A stretch of 63,499 bases of DNA, filler included, from Globobulimina sp. (GCA_003354225.1; 44 parts of 44 records of this genome joined end to end with filler, not necessarily neighbours in it), one strand, 5' to 3'; positions 37,251-48,878 are shown, numbered from the whole stretch's first letter. The notes: generated by a model not told the origin, from the letters alone. A program made the numbers and translations.

Positions 37251-37593
37251 TATGCTTTACAATCGAAATCGAGTGTAAATCATAATGGACCGTAAATCGA
37301 AGGCAGACAATAATTTTTTCCTATGTGTGTTTTAGGAAAATCAATGGAAAGGTATGTAACATGTGTAAGGTCCCAATTTATAAAGTGAATCTGGTGTATA
37401 TGACAATTGACATGGGATCTAGAGTACTCACAGCCTTAGAATGGGTGGTCACCATGCTGCCAACCACACCTCCAAACCCAGCGAAACAGTCCCNNNNNNN
37501 NNNNNNNNNNNNNNNNNNNNNNNNNNNNNNNNNNNNNTTAATTAATTAANNNNNNNNNNNNNNNNNNNNNNNNNNNNNNNNNNNNNNNNNNNN

Positions 37594-38631
37594 GAGGCCC
37601 CAGAGGTGGCACATTCAATATCGACAACTATAATTACTATATACGGACAAGTATCATTTGTAAATACACCTTCATTCACCCCAACAATTATTATATGTTG
37701 TTTATTCCCTATATTATGTATTTGTATTTGTATCTACATCAGAGAGAAATCTAAACGTAACAAATTACAAAAAGCTTTTTCCACTAAAACATTCGCAGAA
37801 ATTGACTATGGAGATATTAAAGTGATGCATTATATTGATACACCAGGCGGTACGGCTGACTATTCCGGCTATACATTACCTGGAGTTATGACACCTGGAT
37901 TGGAAATGACCCCACATGTACAACACCAGAAGCATATTAGTTGTCCATCACATTCCAGTGAGCAGGAATTTGAGTATAATGTCTCAAATTTTGCAGCTGT
38001 GAGTGATGTATTATTGGAGGATGTGGTCGAAAATGTTGAAACCAAAGGCAACGGTGAGGAGGAGGAGGAGAAGAAGGATGAAATGGAGAAGGAAGACAAG
38101 GACGTGGGTCATAATTTATATCACGAGAAACAGAAATGGGAAATGTGTTTATTACATGCATTAAATTCATTATTGCAAAGGGAAGAATTCAGTCATAAAT
38201 CATTAGATAATATTTGTCAAATGTTAGCGCCGAATAAGATGATAAATCCACATAAATCGATATTGCAAACTGGTAATTATGACGCAAATGTATTGATGAT
38301 GGCGTTGGGTAATATTAATATCGATGTTCAATGGTTTGATGCAAGAAAAGCAAATGACATAAATGTAGACAATGAGTTATTTTTAGTTGGTTTTATTTTG
38401 AATAATCCACAGAAAGCTATTTTTGGTATATTTAGTAGAAGGCATTGGATGGCGATTAAGAAAATTCATGGTTGTTTTTATAATTTAGATTCCAAATTAC
38501 TGGCTCCAAAAAAATATAAAAATAATGATAAGTTAACACAATTTTTGGTTGGAGTGCTGACAACAAATAATGCAGAATTAATGATTTGTAGACGAAAGAT
38601 AAAAAATGATCAAAACAAGAACAGCATTTGA
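37594..38631 (+). CDS. Josephin-domain (JOSD1/2-type) deubiquitinase in frame with an upstream TM helix, 5'-partial
   Basis: YHEKQ..EMCLLHALNSLLQ, NPHKS...GNYDANV, RHW, YNLDSKL (Cys/His/Asp triad intact). TM helix IIICCLFPILCICICIYI. Confidence 0.9.
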   Translation, partial: EAPEVAHSISTTIITIYGQVSFVNTPSFTPTIIICCLFPILCICICIYIREKSKRNKLQKAFSTKTFAEIDYGDIKVMHYIDTPGGTADYSGYTLPGVMTPGLEMTPHVQHQKHISCPSHSSEQEFEYNVSNFAAVSDVLLEDVVENVETKGNGEEEEEKKDEMEKEDKDVGHNLYHEKQKWEMCLLHALNSLLQREEFSHKSLDNICQMLAPNKMINPHKSILQTGNYDANVLMMALGNINIDVQWFDARKANDINVDNELFLVGFILNNPQKAIFGIFSRRHWMAIKKIHGCFYNLDSKLLAPKKYKNNDKLTQFLVGVLTTNNAELMICRRKIKNDQNKNSI

Positions 38632-38830
38632 AAATTCGTACACCTTTTTGTTGTGTTAGTAGTGTAACATTCAATCCGCTTATATCTATGAAAAATCCGG
38701 TAATATTTGCAAGGGAATCATATCTGTCTCGTGTGCTAAATGATTTACAAAAATGGTTTTTGTTTACTTTCCTTTCCCTCAAATCCTCGCACTTAGCCTA
38801 AACAATGTCTACAATAAAAGCTTGTTTAGT

Positions 38831-38938
38831 ATGACCGCCCATTCCGTCACACTCTTCTCTCAGTTATTATTGCTACACATTGTACAAAGCCAATATGTGG
38901 ACATATGGTATGATGACATGAATGCAAATAATGGTTGG
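38831..38938 (+). CDS. N-terminus of a secreted protein
   Basis: Signal-peptide-like MTAHSVTLFSQLLLLHIVQS, cut by the contig end. Confidence 0.45.
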
Positions 38939-39038
38939 NNNNNNNNNNNNNNNNNNNNNNNNNNNNNNNNNNNNNNNNNNNNTTAATTAATTAANNNNNN
39001 NNNNNNNNNNNNNNNNNNNNNNNNNNNNNNNNNNNNNN

Positions 39039-40383
39039 TGTTCCAGCAATCCTGGTTATATAAATACTGATGCACATCGCCATAATATCCATCCTGTGGG
39101 TTCCCATTAAACGCGCACGGCTCAGCTTCAGTTTCGTTCCCATTCGAGGGCGAACTAGAAACTCTTGGTCTCATTATAGGATCTAACATTGCCGCATTAT
39201 CCAGCACAGCTTTCCAATATAAATCGCGATATGCGGCCTCTGATTCTTGTCCAGCTTTACAGTAACCGCCATTTTCGTTATTCGCCGCCCAAATGGCAAT
39301 GGACGGATGATGTTGAATATCGCGAACAGTGTCGATAACTTCTTTCGATACGGATTCTAACCAAATTTTATTATTCCAATATTTAGCACAAGCAAACATA
39401 AAATCTTGCCAGATCATTATACCATATTTATCTGCTAAATCATAGAAATCTTTTTGTTGATAAATACCACCCCTAATATTATTAAATATGTATTCTATAT
39501 GTTTTTTAATATAATATATTGACTTAACCCCCAGTTTCTGATCATATTTTGATTTGAATCAACTAACGACATAAATAACGGTTGCAATGACGTAGCATTG
39601 ACCGACGCATTGCTGTTATCCAAAGCAAATGAAGGGATCCAATTGCTGCCATGAATCGGTATATTCACTCCATTCACACGGAAATAAAATGAGCGTCCAC
39701 CCGGTAATGTCTCCTGAATGAGCTCAATTTCTCTGAATCCAAATGTATGCGTTTTCCCACTGTCACTCACACTTTCATTGTTAATAAAACTTACGTCGAA
39801 ATCGTACAGTATTTGTTCTCCAAATTTATTTGGCATCCACGGAGTAACATTGTTTAACGAGATATCGACCGTAAAATTCATTTCTGTATTTGCTGCTATT
39901 TCTATATTCATTGTAAACGGCTCACTACTTAATGATGGTATGCTTACTTTCAATGTTCCTTTAATTGAATCCGACTGCATTCTTCTTCTTTGCGTGCTAG
40001 CCATTATTGCGTTGTTTGCGGGATTTAATACATTATCAGCTCCGGAATCTACGTAAACGACAACTTTTGCATCCCATGAGGCATAATCTTTTAATCCTTT
40101 TTCTTTATTTCTAAATGCATTATAAATTAACCACTCATCTTCGTCCATATCGGTTCTATGTTTATCAGGTTTTTGTGGAACATAATCTGTGTTATTTTTG
40201 GGTGTTGCCGATATCATAAAATCTCGAATGACTGCACCATTATAGGCTTGAATTTCCATTCCTTTCCAAATACCAACGGGCGCATAGCCAGGACCCTGTA
40301 TTTGATACACATAATATATTATATATTCAAATATGGCCACATACCCAATCCCAACTAAAGGAGCATGGCTCAGTTCGAATGTA
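39039..40383 (-). CDS. MANBA: GH2 beta-mannosidase, internal fragment; introns 39473-39528 and 40296-40344
   Basis: SFSWDW|GPG..PVGIWK, FYFRVNG..GSNWIP, MIRNWG|GGIY, IWQDFMFAC, HHPSIAIWAANNE. Confidence 0.93.
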
Positions 40384-40483
40384 NNNNNNNNNNNNNNNNN
40401 NNNNNNNNNNNNNNNNNNNNNNNNNNNTTAATTAATTAANNNNNNNNNNNNNNNNNNNNNNNNNNNNNNNNNNNNNNNNNNNN

Positions 40484-40790
40484 CCCATCCACTGCACCAC
40501 CACCAATGACGATGGATTAGATGTTGCGAGCCACGGCATCCCCTCCCAAATGACCACCATTGCTACAAAACTGAAAGGCGCCGGATACGCCACATCAATG
40601 GTAGGCAAATGGGACTGTGGCTTTGCAACCTATGACAATGCAAACTGCCCATCAATAAAGGATATGATTCATTTTATGGTTCAGGCGATAATGAGTGTTC
40701 AGGCGCGGATTATATTGATTTATGGCAAGATGATGCGCCGTTTTCAGGCGAATAAATTTATAAATGTGGATGACGATGTTATCACAGCAT
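40484..40790 (+). pseudogene. Degraded arylsulfatase (ARSB-like) fragment
   Basis: GIPSQMTTIATKLKGAGYATSMVGKWDCG, then in a shifted frame PINKGYDSFYG and YIDLW. Stops and frameshifts are present. Confidence 0.7.
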
Positions 40791-41928
40791 GACATTAAAA
40801 AAATGGCCTGCAGAAATTCAAATAATTCAAATGACAAATCACAGTATAAAACCATTAAAAAGATGAATTGTATCGAAATGTCATTGGTTTTGTAGCTTAA
40901 GCTTCTGGTTTAGGCCAAGAGGAATATCTAATTATCGAATTGATGCTTGATAGATATTATTTGTTCCCAATGGCGGTCAAATTATCTTGTTTTGAGATAT
41001 ACCTTGTTTTGAGCCACTACATGGTACTGTACCAATATGTGTATTGTGTAATATAAATGTGTAAAATATCAAATAGGAATGACAGAGGACATTTTATGAT
41101 ATTTTTAATTCTCGTGGCCTGTTCATTGGATATTGCATAAATTGGTTAAAAAAAAAGAAAGCTGAAAAGATTGATGCTTGGCGGGAAAAGGAAGAGAGAC
41201 AAAGAGATGCTGAGAATGAAGGAGAGAGAGAGAGAGAGATTGGAGAAGGAAAAATAAAGGAAAAGGAAAAAAAGAAATCAAAATCAAAATCGGAGAAAGA
41301 GAAAAGTGAAAAAAATAATAAATCCGAACATGAATACTCAAATATACCGATTTTACACGCATGGACCAGTCTGATGATGATATTGAAGAACAAAAACATT
41401 CATCGATCTGATTTATAATAGTATTTTATTACCTAAAAACTCCATAAAACTAACTTTATTTGTTGTTTTTACCTATAGCCAGAACTGTTTTATTTAATCT
41501 TCAAAACTTTAAGAAATCAATTTCCTTGCCCCCCTACTCCGAAAGGCTACATCTTTTAATCCGGTCGACACTTTTGAGAAATAATAATCAATAGAAAGAG
41601 CCAGATAAACGTAAGTCAGTTGTTACTCGAAATTGCCTCGGCAAAAGAGAACAACAATAGACTCCAAAAAAATGATACTAATTTATCCCCTCAACCAATC
41701 CCTATAAAAAATGATAAAACCAATATATGTATACATTATACAAATAACAATAAGTATACAACTGTAGACAATAAAAACATACTAAATTATGTAGATACGC
41801 AAATCCGCACAATTAGAATGGCCCAGAANNNNNNNNNNNNNNNNNNNNNNNNNNNNNNNNNNNNNNNNNNNNTTAATTAATTAANNNNNNNNNNNNNNNN
41901 NNNNNNNNNNNNNNNNNNNNNNNNNNNN

Positions 41929-43125
41929 GAAAATGGTGTTGCCGCTTGGATCAGAATATCAGAACACAATCGTAATTTCTGGTATAATGCAGAACATCAG
42001 ATGAAACCGTTGAATACTATTCGTGCAGAATCAGTAGCCAAACATGGAGAACATCGTCCTTTGCCAATGTGTGGAACGGATACACTTGAGAAGTGGATGT
42101 TCAATGATTCAAAATTTCCAGAAGCAGAAAAGGAAGAACTCAAGTTACCAGAACAATACCCAGTAACATTGATTACAAGAAGTTCACCAACAGGTAATGT
42201 CTTTGGTTTGGATATGGTTTTTTCAGACAAAACATACACAAGTTGTGAAAAACGTGGAGCATGTGATACCGATCCAGATGCATCCAACCATTTCTATCGG
42301 GAAAACTTGTCCGCAGCCTATGACATCAATCCCCAGGACCGTGAAGGAGAAGAGAGAGGAGGAGTATTGCCGGATGATGTTGGTTATATTGATGAAAATC
42401 TGACATCTGTGATGATGGAAGGAGAACAGAAAAGTAGAGGAGGTCCATTCATCCCAACGGAAGAATCCAATCTGGCAATAAAAGCACTTGCTGCTGAAGC
42501 AATTAATCTAGCAAAGAGATTGGTACCACCTGGAGCAATTGAGAAACAATTGGGAGAGATCAGTGAGGCTAACGAACAACAAGCAGAAACAAGTGGTTTG
42601 GGACAAGTTATGAAGGAAATTGAAATGGAAGCGGTAGAACAAGCACCACCAGTATTGGATGAATTAAACAAATCAGTAGACATGGAAATTGACCAATCAA
42701 TTGATTCACCAAATTTGGCATATGATCCTACACAATGGTTAGAATCATATGAGTTGACACCACCTAAGACAACAATGCCTGAATCATTTGAAGAAGCCGT
42801 GAAATCAGGTAAACATGCTCTTGAGTTTAATTGGTCAAAATTATCAGCTGAACAAATCACAAAGCTGAAGTTTCCAAAACATATGGATTCATATCTGAAA
42901 AGTGAATCAGGAACAGATGACCGTAAACGTTGTGACAAATATTGGTTTACATCACTCTTGCCATTATCAAAACGACAATTGAATGCAATGTTGATTGAAC
43001 AAGGTGAGGAAGTTAAACGATACACGGAACAGAAAGTAGGAAATCGTGGTGTGTACCAAAGTTATCTGGTTGAATGGTACCGGTTCCGATGTATCAGTTG
43101 GGCTAAAAAGAAAAAGACCCAGTGA
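41929..43125 (+). CDS. Hypothetical acidic protein, intronless, 5'-partial
   Basis: ORF of more than 374 codons with no recognisable domain. Confidence 0.55.
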   Translation, partial: ENGVAAWIRISEHNRNFWYNAEHQMKPLNTIRAESVAKHGEHRPLPMCGTDTLEKWMFNDSKFPEAEKEELKLPEQYPVTLITRSSPTGNVFGLDMVFSDKTYTSCEKRGACDTDPDASNHFYRENLSAAYDINPQDREGEERGGVLPDDVGYIDENLTSVMMEGEQKSRGGPFIPTEESNLAIKALAAEAINLAKRLVPPGAIEKQLGEISEANEQQAETSGLGQVMKEIEMEAVEQAPPVLDELNKSVDMEIDQSIDSPNLAYDPTQWLESYELTPPKTTMPESFEEAVKSGKHALEFNWSKLSAEQITKLKFPKHMDSYLKSESGTDDRKRCDKYWFTSLLPLSKRQLNAMLIEQGEEVKRYTEQKVGNRGVYQSYLVEWYRFRCISWAKKKKTQ

Positions 43126-43374
43126 TAGAATGTTAGAAATTAGGAGAAATTTTTTTTTGTTGTTGTATTATACTTATTATAGTTTAGTTGCCTAGTATTG
43201 CATAATTTGTTATATGCTCGTAAAGCTTGCAAGTTTATTTTAGTCTCACTTGCATTAGTGTATTGCGCCTTTCNNNNNNNNNNNNNNNNNNNNNNNNNNN
43301 NNNNNNNNNNNNNNNNNTTAATTAATTAANNNNNNNNNNNNNNNNNNNNNNNNNNNNNNNNNNNNNNNNNNNNT

Positions 43375-43441
43375 TGACCACGGCAGGAGTCGAACCTGCA
43401 TCTTTGGTTAAGCAATGCTCTACCAATTGAGCTACGTGGAC
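43375..43441 (-). ncRNA. tRNA-like element with truncated anticodon arm (pseudo-tRNA or tRNA-derived RNA)
   Basis: GTCCACG TA GCTC AATTGGTA GAGC A TTGC TTAA CCAA AGAT GCAGG TTCGACT CCTGC CGTGGTC A. A and B boxes intact, acceptor stem 6/7, anticodon arm 12 nt instead of 17. Confidence 0.8.
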
Positions 43442-43473
43442 CATGGTCTCTTCGTGTCATTATCTGTACTTCA

Positions 43474-43706
43474 GGAGCCTACACAAGTTAAATAGTCACC
43501 TAAATAGTTGCATATGTTTCCTAAATAGTTGCCTAGATAGTCACAATTTTCCGTTTCTGTATTGAAATAGTCACTAAATAGTTGCATATTTTCGTTTTTG
43601 TATTGAAATACTTACTAAATAGTTGCCCATTTTCGTTTTTGTCACTAAATAGTCACAAATAGTCACTAAATAGTCACATAGTGACTAATTAACTTGTGTA
43701 GGCTCC
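43474..43706. mobile_element. Complete 233-bp MITE, Merlin/IS1016-like
   Basis: 26-bp TIRs (25/26 match) GGAGCCTACACAAGTTAA(A/T)TAGTCAC. Flanks GTACTTCA / ATACTTCA (8-bp TSD, one mismatch). Internal TAAATAGT(C/T)(A/G)C repeats. Confidence 0.85.
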
Positions 43707-44098
43707 ATACTTCAGTTATCTTGACTTAAGTTGTAACAGTTTTTTTGGTGTTTTCTAATTTATTGTTTGTTTTGCCACTGTTTTATGGAGTTAGTAACTA
43801 TGCTTGGTATTAAGTTTGGATATTAAGTCTTGGAATTAAGTCTGGATATTAAGTTTGGAATGAATGATGTTAAAACGCAAAATAAAGCATATAATCATGT
43901 TCCATGATGTTGTGTGATGAAAAATCACCATTCCCATACACGTTTGATCACCATTTTCCATATGCATTTGATCATCACTTCCATCACCAAAATGTGAATA
44001 AAAATCATTTTTATAATTATTTGCAAATGATGTTGTTGCTGCCTCACTGAAACCAAAAACATTTTTCTTCAGCACACATCTTCATCCACATCTTCATC

Positions 44099-44668
44099 AT
44101 GTCATTGTCTCCGGTCCTCACCACTCGGCGTATGCGTAACGGGAAGAGTAGCAGCAGACCCATTCAATTCGGAATATGTATCGCTGGAATGGGTTATACA
44201 ATCCGTGCGAATATGTTAAAGAAAGAAAAAATGAGAAAAGATGCTTGGGAAAACCGGCGATCAACCCTCAGACAACCAACTGGATTTGTTTTGGATAGGA
44301 AGAGAAATGGATATTGGAAGAAATATCCGGTGAAAAGAGCGACAGGACCAAGTAATATTACATTAACTGTGTACAACATACAGATTCAATCAAGGTATAA
44401 TGTGGATTTTTGCAGAAAAATTAGGGGCAAAGATTATAAGGCAAGTGATAGAAACCATGGATGTATCAATTTACCATGGACGCATTTGGATGACGCAGGT
44501 GACATTAAAAAATATAATATTTTCGTAGATATATTGGATGACTGGATGAAACAAGATATAAAAAAGTCATTGGAAACAAGAACATTTATTAAACGAAGCA
44601 GTAAAGACATTAAAAAAGAGTTTAATAAAAACAAGAAATTTCCTCTCCATTTTAAAGTGTGTGATTGA
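44099..44668 (+). CDS. Basic hypothetical protein
   Basis: Complete 189-aa ATG ORF with no recognisable domain. Confidence 0.4.
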   Translation: MSLSPVLTTRRMRNGKSSSRPIQFGICIAGMGYTIRANMLKKEKMRKDAWENRRSTLRQPTGFVLDRKRNGYWKKYPVKRATGPSNITLTVYNIQIQSRYNVDFCRKIRGKDYKASDRNHGCINLPWTHLDDAGDIKKYNIFVDILDDWMKQDIKKSLETRTFIKRSSKDIKKEFNKNKKFPLHFKVCD

Positions 44669-44819
44669 CAATTTTATTTAAATGTTATTTAAATATTTCC
44701 GTTGCTTGATTCATTTTCNNNNNNNNNNNNNNNNNNNNNNNNNNNNNNNNNNNNNNNNNNNNTTAATTAATTAANNNNNNNNNNNNNNNNNNNNNNNNNN
44801 NNNNNNNNNNNNNNNNNNA

Positions 44820-46163
44820 GAGTTTCAGTGCCTGCCACCTGATCTGCATAACACACCCGATCAACAACACGATTATACACTGACTCCCATCACTGACAAA
44901 CAAAAAGAAATACTGAAAGGGGATAGTTCTGACACGGTAACATTGTCAAACCCATTCAGTATACAATTAAATGAGTCATGCGAACAGTATGAGGCACGCA
45001 ACGAAAAGCATTTTAGTTTGGAAACTGACTGGAATGAGCCTCCAGAATTCGTAAATACGTATCATCAACAATTATATTATAAATCGAAGATTCAATATCA
45101 CTGTACTTCCAATGTCATAATACCAACGCAGACCGACCTGTGGTTTAATGAAGACATTCAGAGTGGCGATCAAGCCACAAATAACATTGCATTCCGTGTC
45201 AAACAACGTCGTAAACGCAAATATGACGCAATCATACCGGATGAGGCCGAGGCGCAGAAACAAACAAATTTATTCATCGACGATGCGCCGGCACAGAAAA
45301 AACGTAGATTGAAAAAGAAAATAGCGCGGAAAGTGGAAAACATCACAAATGTATCAAGTGACGATGATGATGACATTGTGATTCGTGCGATGCACATAAC
45401 GGATGCGGGGGAGCAACGGACGGAAATCAGGACAGACGATGGTGGCACGGTGATAGATTCAGAGAATATTCATAACGCAAATGAACGGCGACCAGTTCCG
45501 AGTGGCTTGAACGACGTCGTAATGCCCATAACACCAAACGTACCAAATACAGCCCAAACAAACACGGCGAGTCAAATTCCGGTCTGTGCCGACTGCCAAA
45601 TTGAACGTAAAATAAATGAGGCTGAGATTGATGCGAATTCCGCGTTCTTTTATAATCGATGGCATTGCGATGACTGTATACAAACAAATGGAAGCCGTAA
45701 TACGTACAAATGTGACATCGCGGATTGCGAAGCACATAAAAAACATTGGCTGCGACGCTCCACATTAACAAAACACATTATTTCGAACATAGGAGATCCA
45801 GCTCACGCAAACACAAAATATTTCAGTGCATTTCGGGAGAAATTGTGCAGCACCGTTTCCTGTACGACGCTTTTAGCCGAATCTGATCCGAATGCTTCGT
45901 GTACCGAATGCACAAAAAATATAACATTTGCCACATTTAACAACTTAAATAAGCCGTCGATTGACGATCTGAATGATTCTGAGATGTCGCAAGCAAATGA
46001 ACAAAATCAGGATCGCAAATGAACAAGGAATGGTCATGGCCTTCGAGGGCGCCCTCAATTTTATCAAAAAGAATCCAGAATACGTCGTATTACAGAAAGA
46101 TTGGCGTAACTTCTTTAATAACGTCAGCAGAAAAGTTACATTAGACCTCATACATCGAGTACT
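44820..46163 (+). CDS. Zinc-finger-containing ORF with a frameshift near 46010, possibly the N-terminal region of a non-LTR element
   Basis: Intronless and open from the contig edge. CADC, HCDDC, YKCDIADC-x-H (C2H2-like), CSTVSC, CTEC. Continues in ORF 45973. Confidence 0.5.
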
Positions 46164-46263
46164 NNNNNNNNNNNNNNNNNNNNNNNNNNNNNNNNNNNNN
46201 NNNNNNNTTAATTAATTAANNNNNNNNNNNNNNNNNNNNNNNNNNNNNNNNNNNNNNNNNNNN

Positions 46264-47526
46264 AAAGAGAGACTAGCGCAATTGAACCATTTTAATCTTT
46301 TCCAGCAACAAATTGAAGAAAACAAACTATTATCCGGTTATCAACAAATTGATGCTGGCGAAGAAGATGCGGAATCTCCGAGGTTATCTCCTTTTGATTC
46401 AGCAGTTTTATTCAAGAGTTCTAAAAACGTGAAAATTAAAGAAAAAGTAAGTACAAACATCTTGATCTCAGAAGGAAATTATTCAAATTACAGCGTGTCG
46501 CCAGATCGTAAGTCAATGCGTTCAAATGGCACTAGCATAGCGTCAATAGGCAGACATCCAATGCTTTTAAAGTGTGTCTTTCTGTATAAATGTTGTTTTC
46601 TTTTTGTTTCGATCTGAACATTCTGACAAACAAAACCCACTCAAAGTGATTACGAGGATGATCTGACTGGTTTGCCCTCAGATATTGAAGAGTACGAAAA
46701 TGAATCGTTTACTAATAATATGTCTAATATACACGACGAAGAGTACGAAGACGAAGAGGAAGATTCAGATGAGAGTATAAATAAAATTATTTTATTCACA
46801 CCAGAACGTCAACAGAGTGTCTATCATATTTATCCGACCATAAAATTTGAATCCGTGAACCAACACACTTTACCAAATAACAACGCTGCCTTACTCCCAA
46901 AGTCAAAACCTACTAAAAAAACTGCAGAAAATGGACAATGTTTGAAAGACTTCTTTAAAATTGTCAATAAAATCTATGGTGTCATATCCTTTCCAATTAC
47001 AGCATTAATACGATGTACAATTCCATCGAGTCATTGTCATTCTATGTGCGAATGTTTGTATCCATTATGCTTCATATTATCAATTGTATGGATTGCCGGA
47101 TTTGCAGTTGTTTTAATTGTTATATCGTACCATTGGGCACAACTGTTTGCATTTAAATTATCGGTTATTGGCATTCTGTATATTGGGCCACTTGCTACCT
47201 TACCAAATATTATTGATGCTATGACCTTATCGTTGCAAGGATATGCCTCGGAAATCATCGTCAATTCATACCATATACAAATATCGAATGTGTTATTTGG
47301 AATAATTCTGCCATTGTCAGTATCGCCGTTACTTAATTGTATTAAAGATAAATTCCATCATTATGTCGAACAAGCTATTTTTCTATATTTAACAATTTTA
47401 ATTATACAATCAATTATTTTATTTGTACCTTTAATGTGTAATAATAATATTCAATTAACAACACGTAAAGCATTGATATATGTATCTCTTTATATTGTTG
47501 GTGTGCTTGCTTTAATATTTAATTAA
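46264..47526 (+). CDS. Divergent NCKX/SLC24-like cation:Ca2+ exchanger, C-terminal half; intron 46572-46646
   Basis: Acidic loop, FPITALIRCTIP, YPLCFILSIVWIA and terminal LYIV helix match SLC24 topology. The alpha-2 repeat is degenerate. Confidence 0.75.
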
Positions 47527-47928
47527 AAACACATTTCAAGCAAATATTTAATTAAAAACATTTTTTTTTGTGTATTCATATATGTATTCAAATTTTTTGT
47601 ATGCTTTANNNNNNNNNNNNNNNNNNNNNNNNNNNNNNNNNNNNNNNNNNNNTTAATTAATTAANNNNNNNNNNNNNNNNNNNNNNNNNNNNNNNNNNNN
47701 NNNNNNNNAGCATATTTACAGTTGTGTTCCGGCTAAGATGTACAGGGATAACTCCTATAAGATGAAGAATTTCAAATGCATAATACAATGGTCATATACA
47801 TTTGAAATGTGTATGATCGAATACTATATATAGTGGACTTGTCAAGGGATAATATATGATAATATGTGGCCTCGAGGTAACCTACAAAGATTCACAGCTA
47901 CTCGAGGTGACCTCGACTTAATTCTTGA

Positions 47929-48055
47929 ATGATTTATATGTGTGATTTATGATTTATATATGTGTGATTTATGATATATGAATCATATAAATCACATAAA
48001 TCATGTGTATAAATCATATAAATTATGTGTATAAATCACATACATCATGTGTATA
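47929..48055. repeat. Low-complexity foldback of TGATTTAT / ATAAATCA motifs
   Basis: Several TGATTTAT(A/G) copies, followed by their reverse complements, around a centre near 47980. Confidence 0.7.
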
Positions 48056-48878
48056 CAGTAGTGTTCCATATTGTATATATGCTATAAATATAACGGGTGA
48101 CTTGATCGAAGGAGAAACAGTCGGTTGATCCTTTTTTGGTTTCCCATGAGCCGATTCGGCTGTAATTGGATCGTTCTGATCTTCCACATAATACTCTTTT
48201 CGTATTTTCGTCGTTTGACGGAACCCATATGCTTCACGATCAGCGACAAAAAGGCCTTGATTTGATAATTTGATGACAGGCTTCGTTTTACTACTCTTTG
48301 GTGTTTTAATTTTTAACATAGGGTGTCATAAGGAATTGATGAATTGGGAAAGGTCTGGGAAAGCATGGGAAAATTATAGCTTTTTTTGAAAAAGCCTGGG
48401 CAAATTTTTTTTTGAGTTTTTTAACTATTTCAAATTTATTATTGAAAACTGTTTGTTTAAAATAATGTCAACAAATTATCGATCCTCAAACCACTCGCAC
48501 GTACGTGGTGCTAGTCATAATAACTAAGGCGGTGCCTGCCCTTTAGCGTTGAATATTGGACTTGAGCGTTCTAGTTTTTGTATTTGTATTTGTGGGTATC
48601 TGAGGACTGCAGATGTTTGGTTCAATGTTGTGTGGAGAGGACTTAGTCAGCTCGAAGCAAGTACTGTAATGTTTTCGTGACATAATCTATCTATTTAGTA
48701 ATCTTGGTCTGAATAGTAAATAGAAACGTTTTTGAAAAGTTTAAAGTCTCTTCGTTCTTTAACTTCAAGTTTTTTTTCAAACTTTGAGATGCTATTTTTT
48801 AGAGCGTGCGTGTCGCAGCGCCAAATCGTTGGCGCCTATATTTTGCAATGAATGAATAAAATAAACAGTTCTTGTATT

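Noticed and set aside
4568..38631. Ubiquitin-system gene cluster (three USPs, Josephin, BTB)
   Set aside because: The genes are on unrelated contigs, so co-occurrence is a sampling effect.
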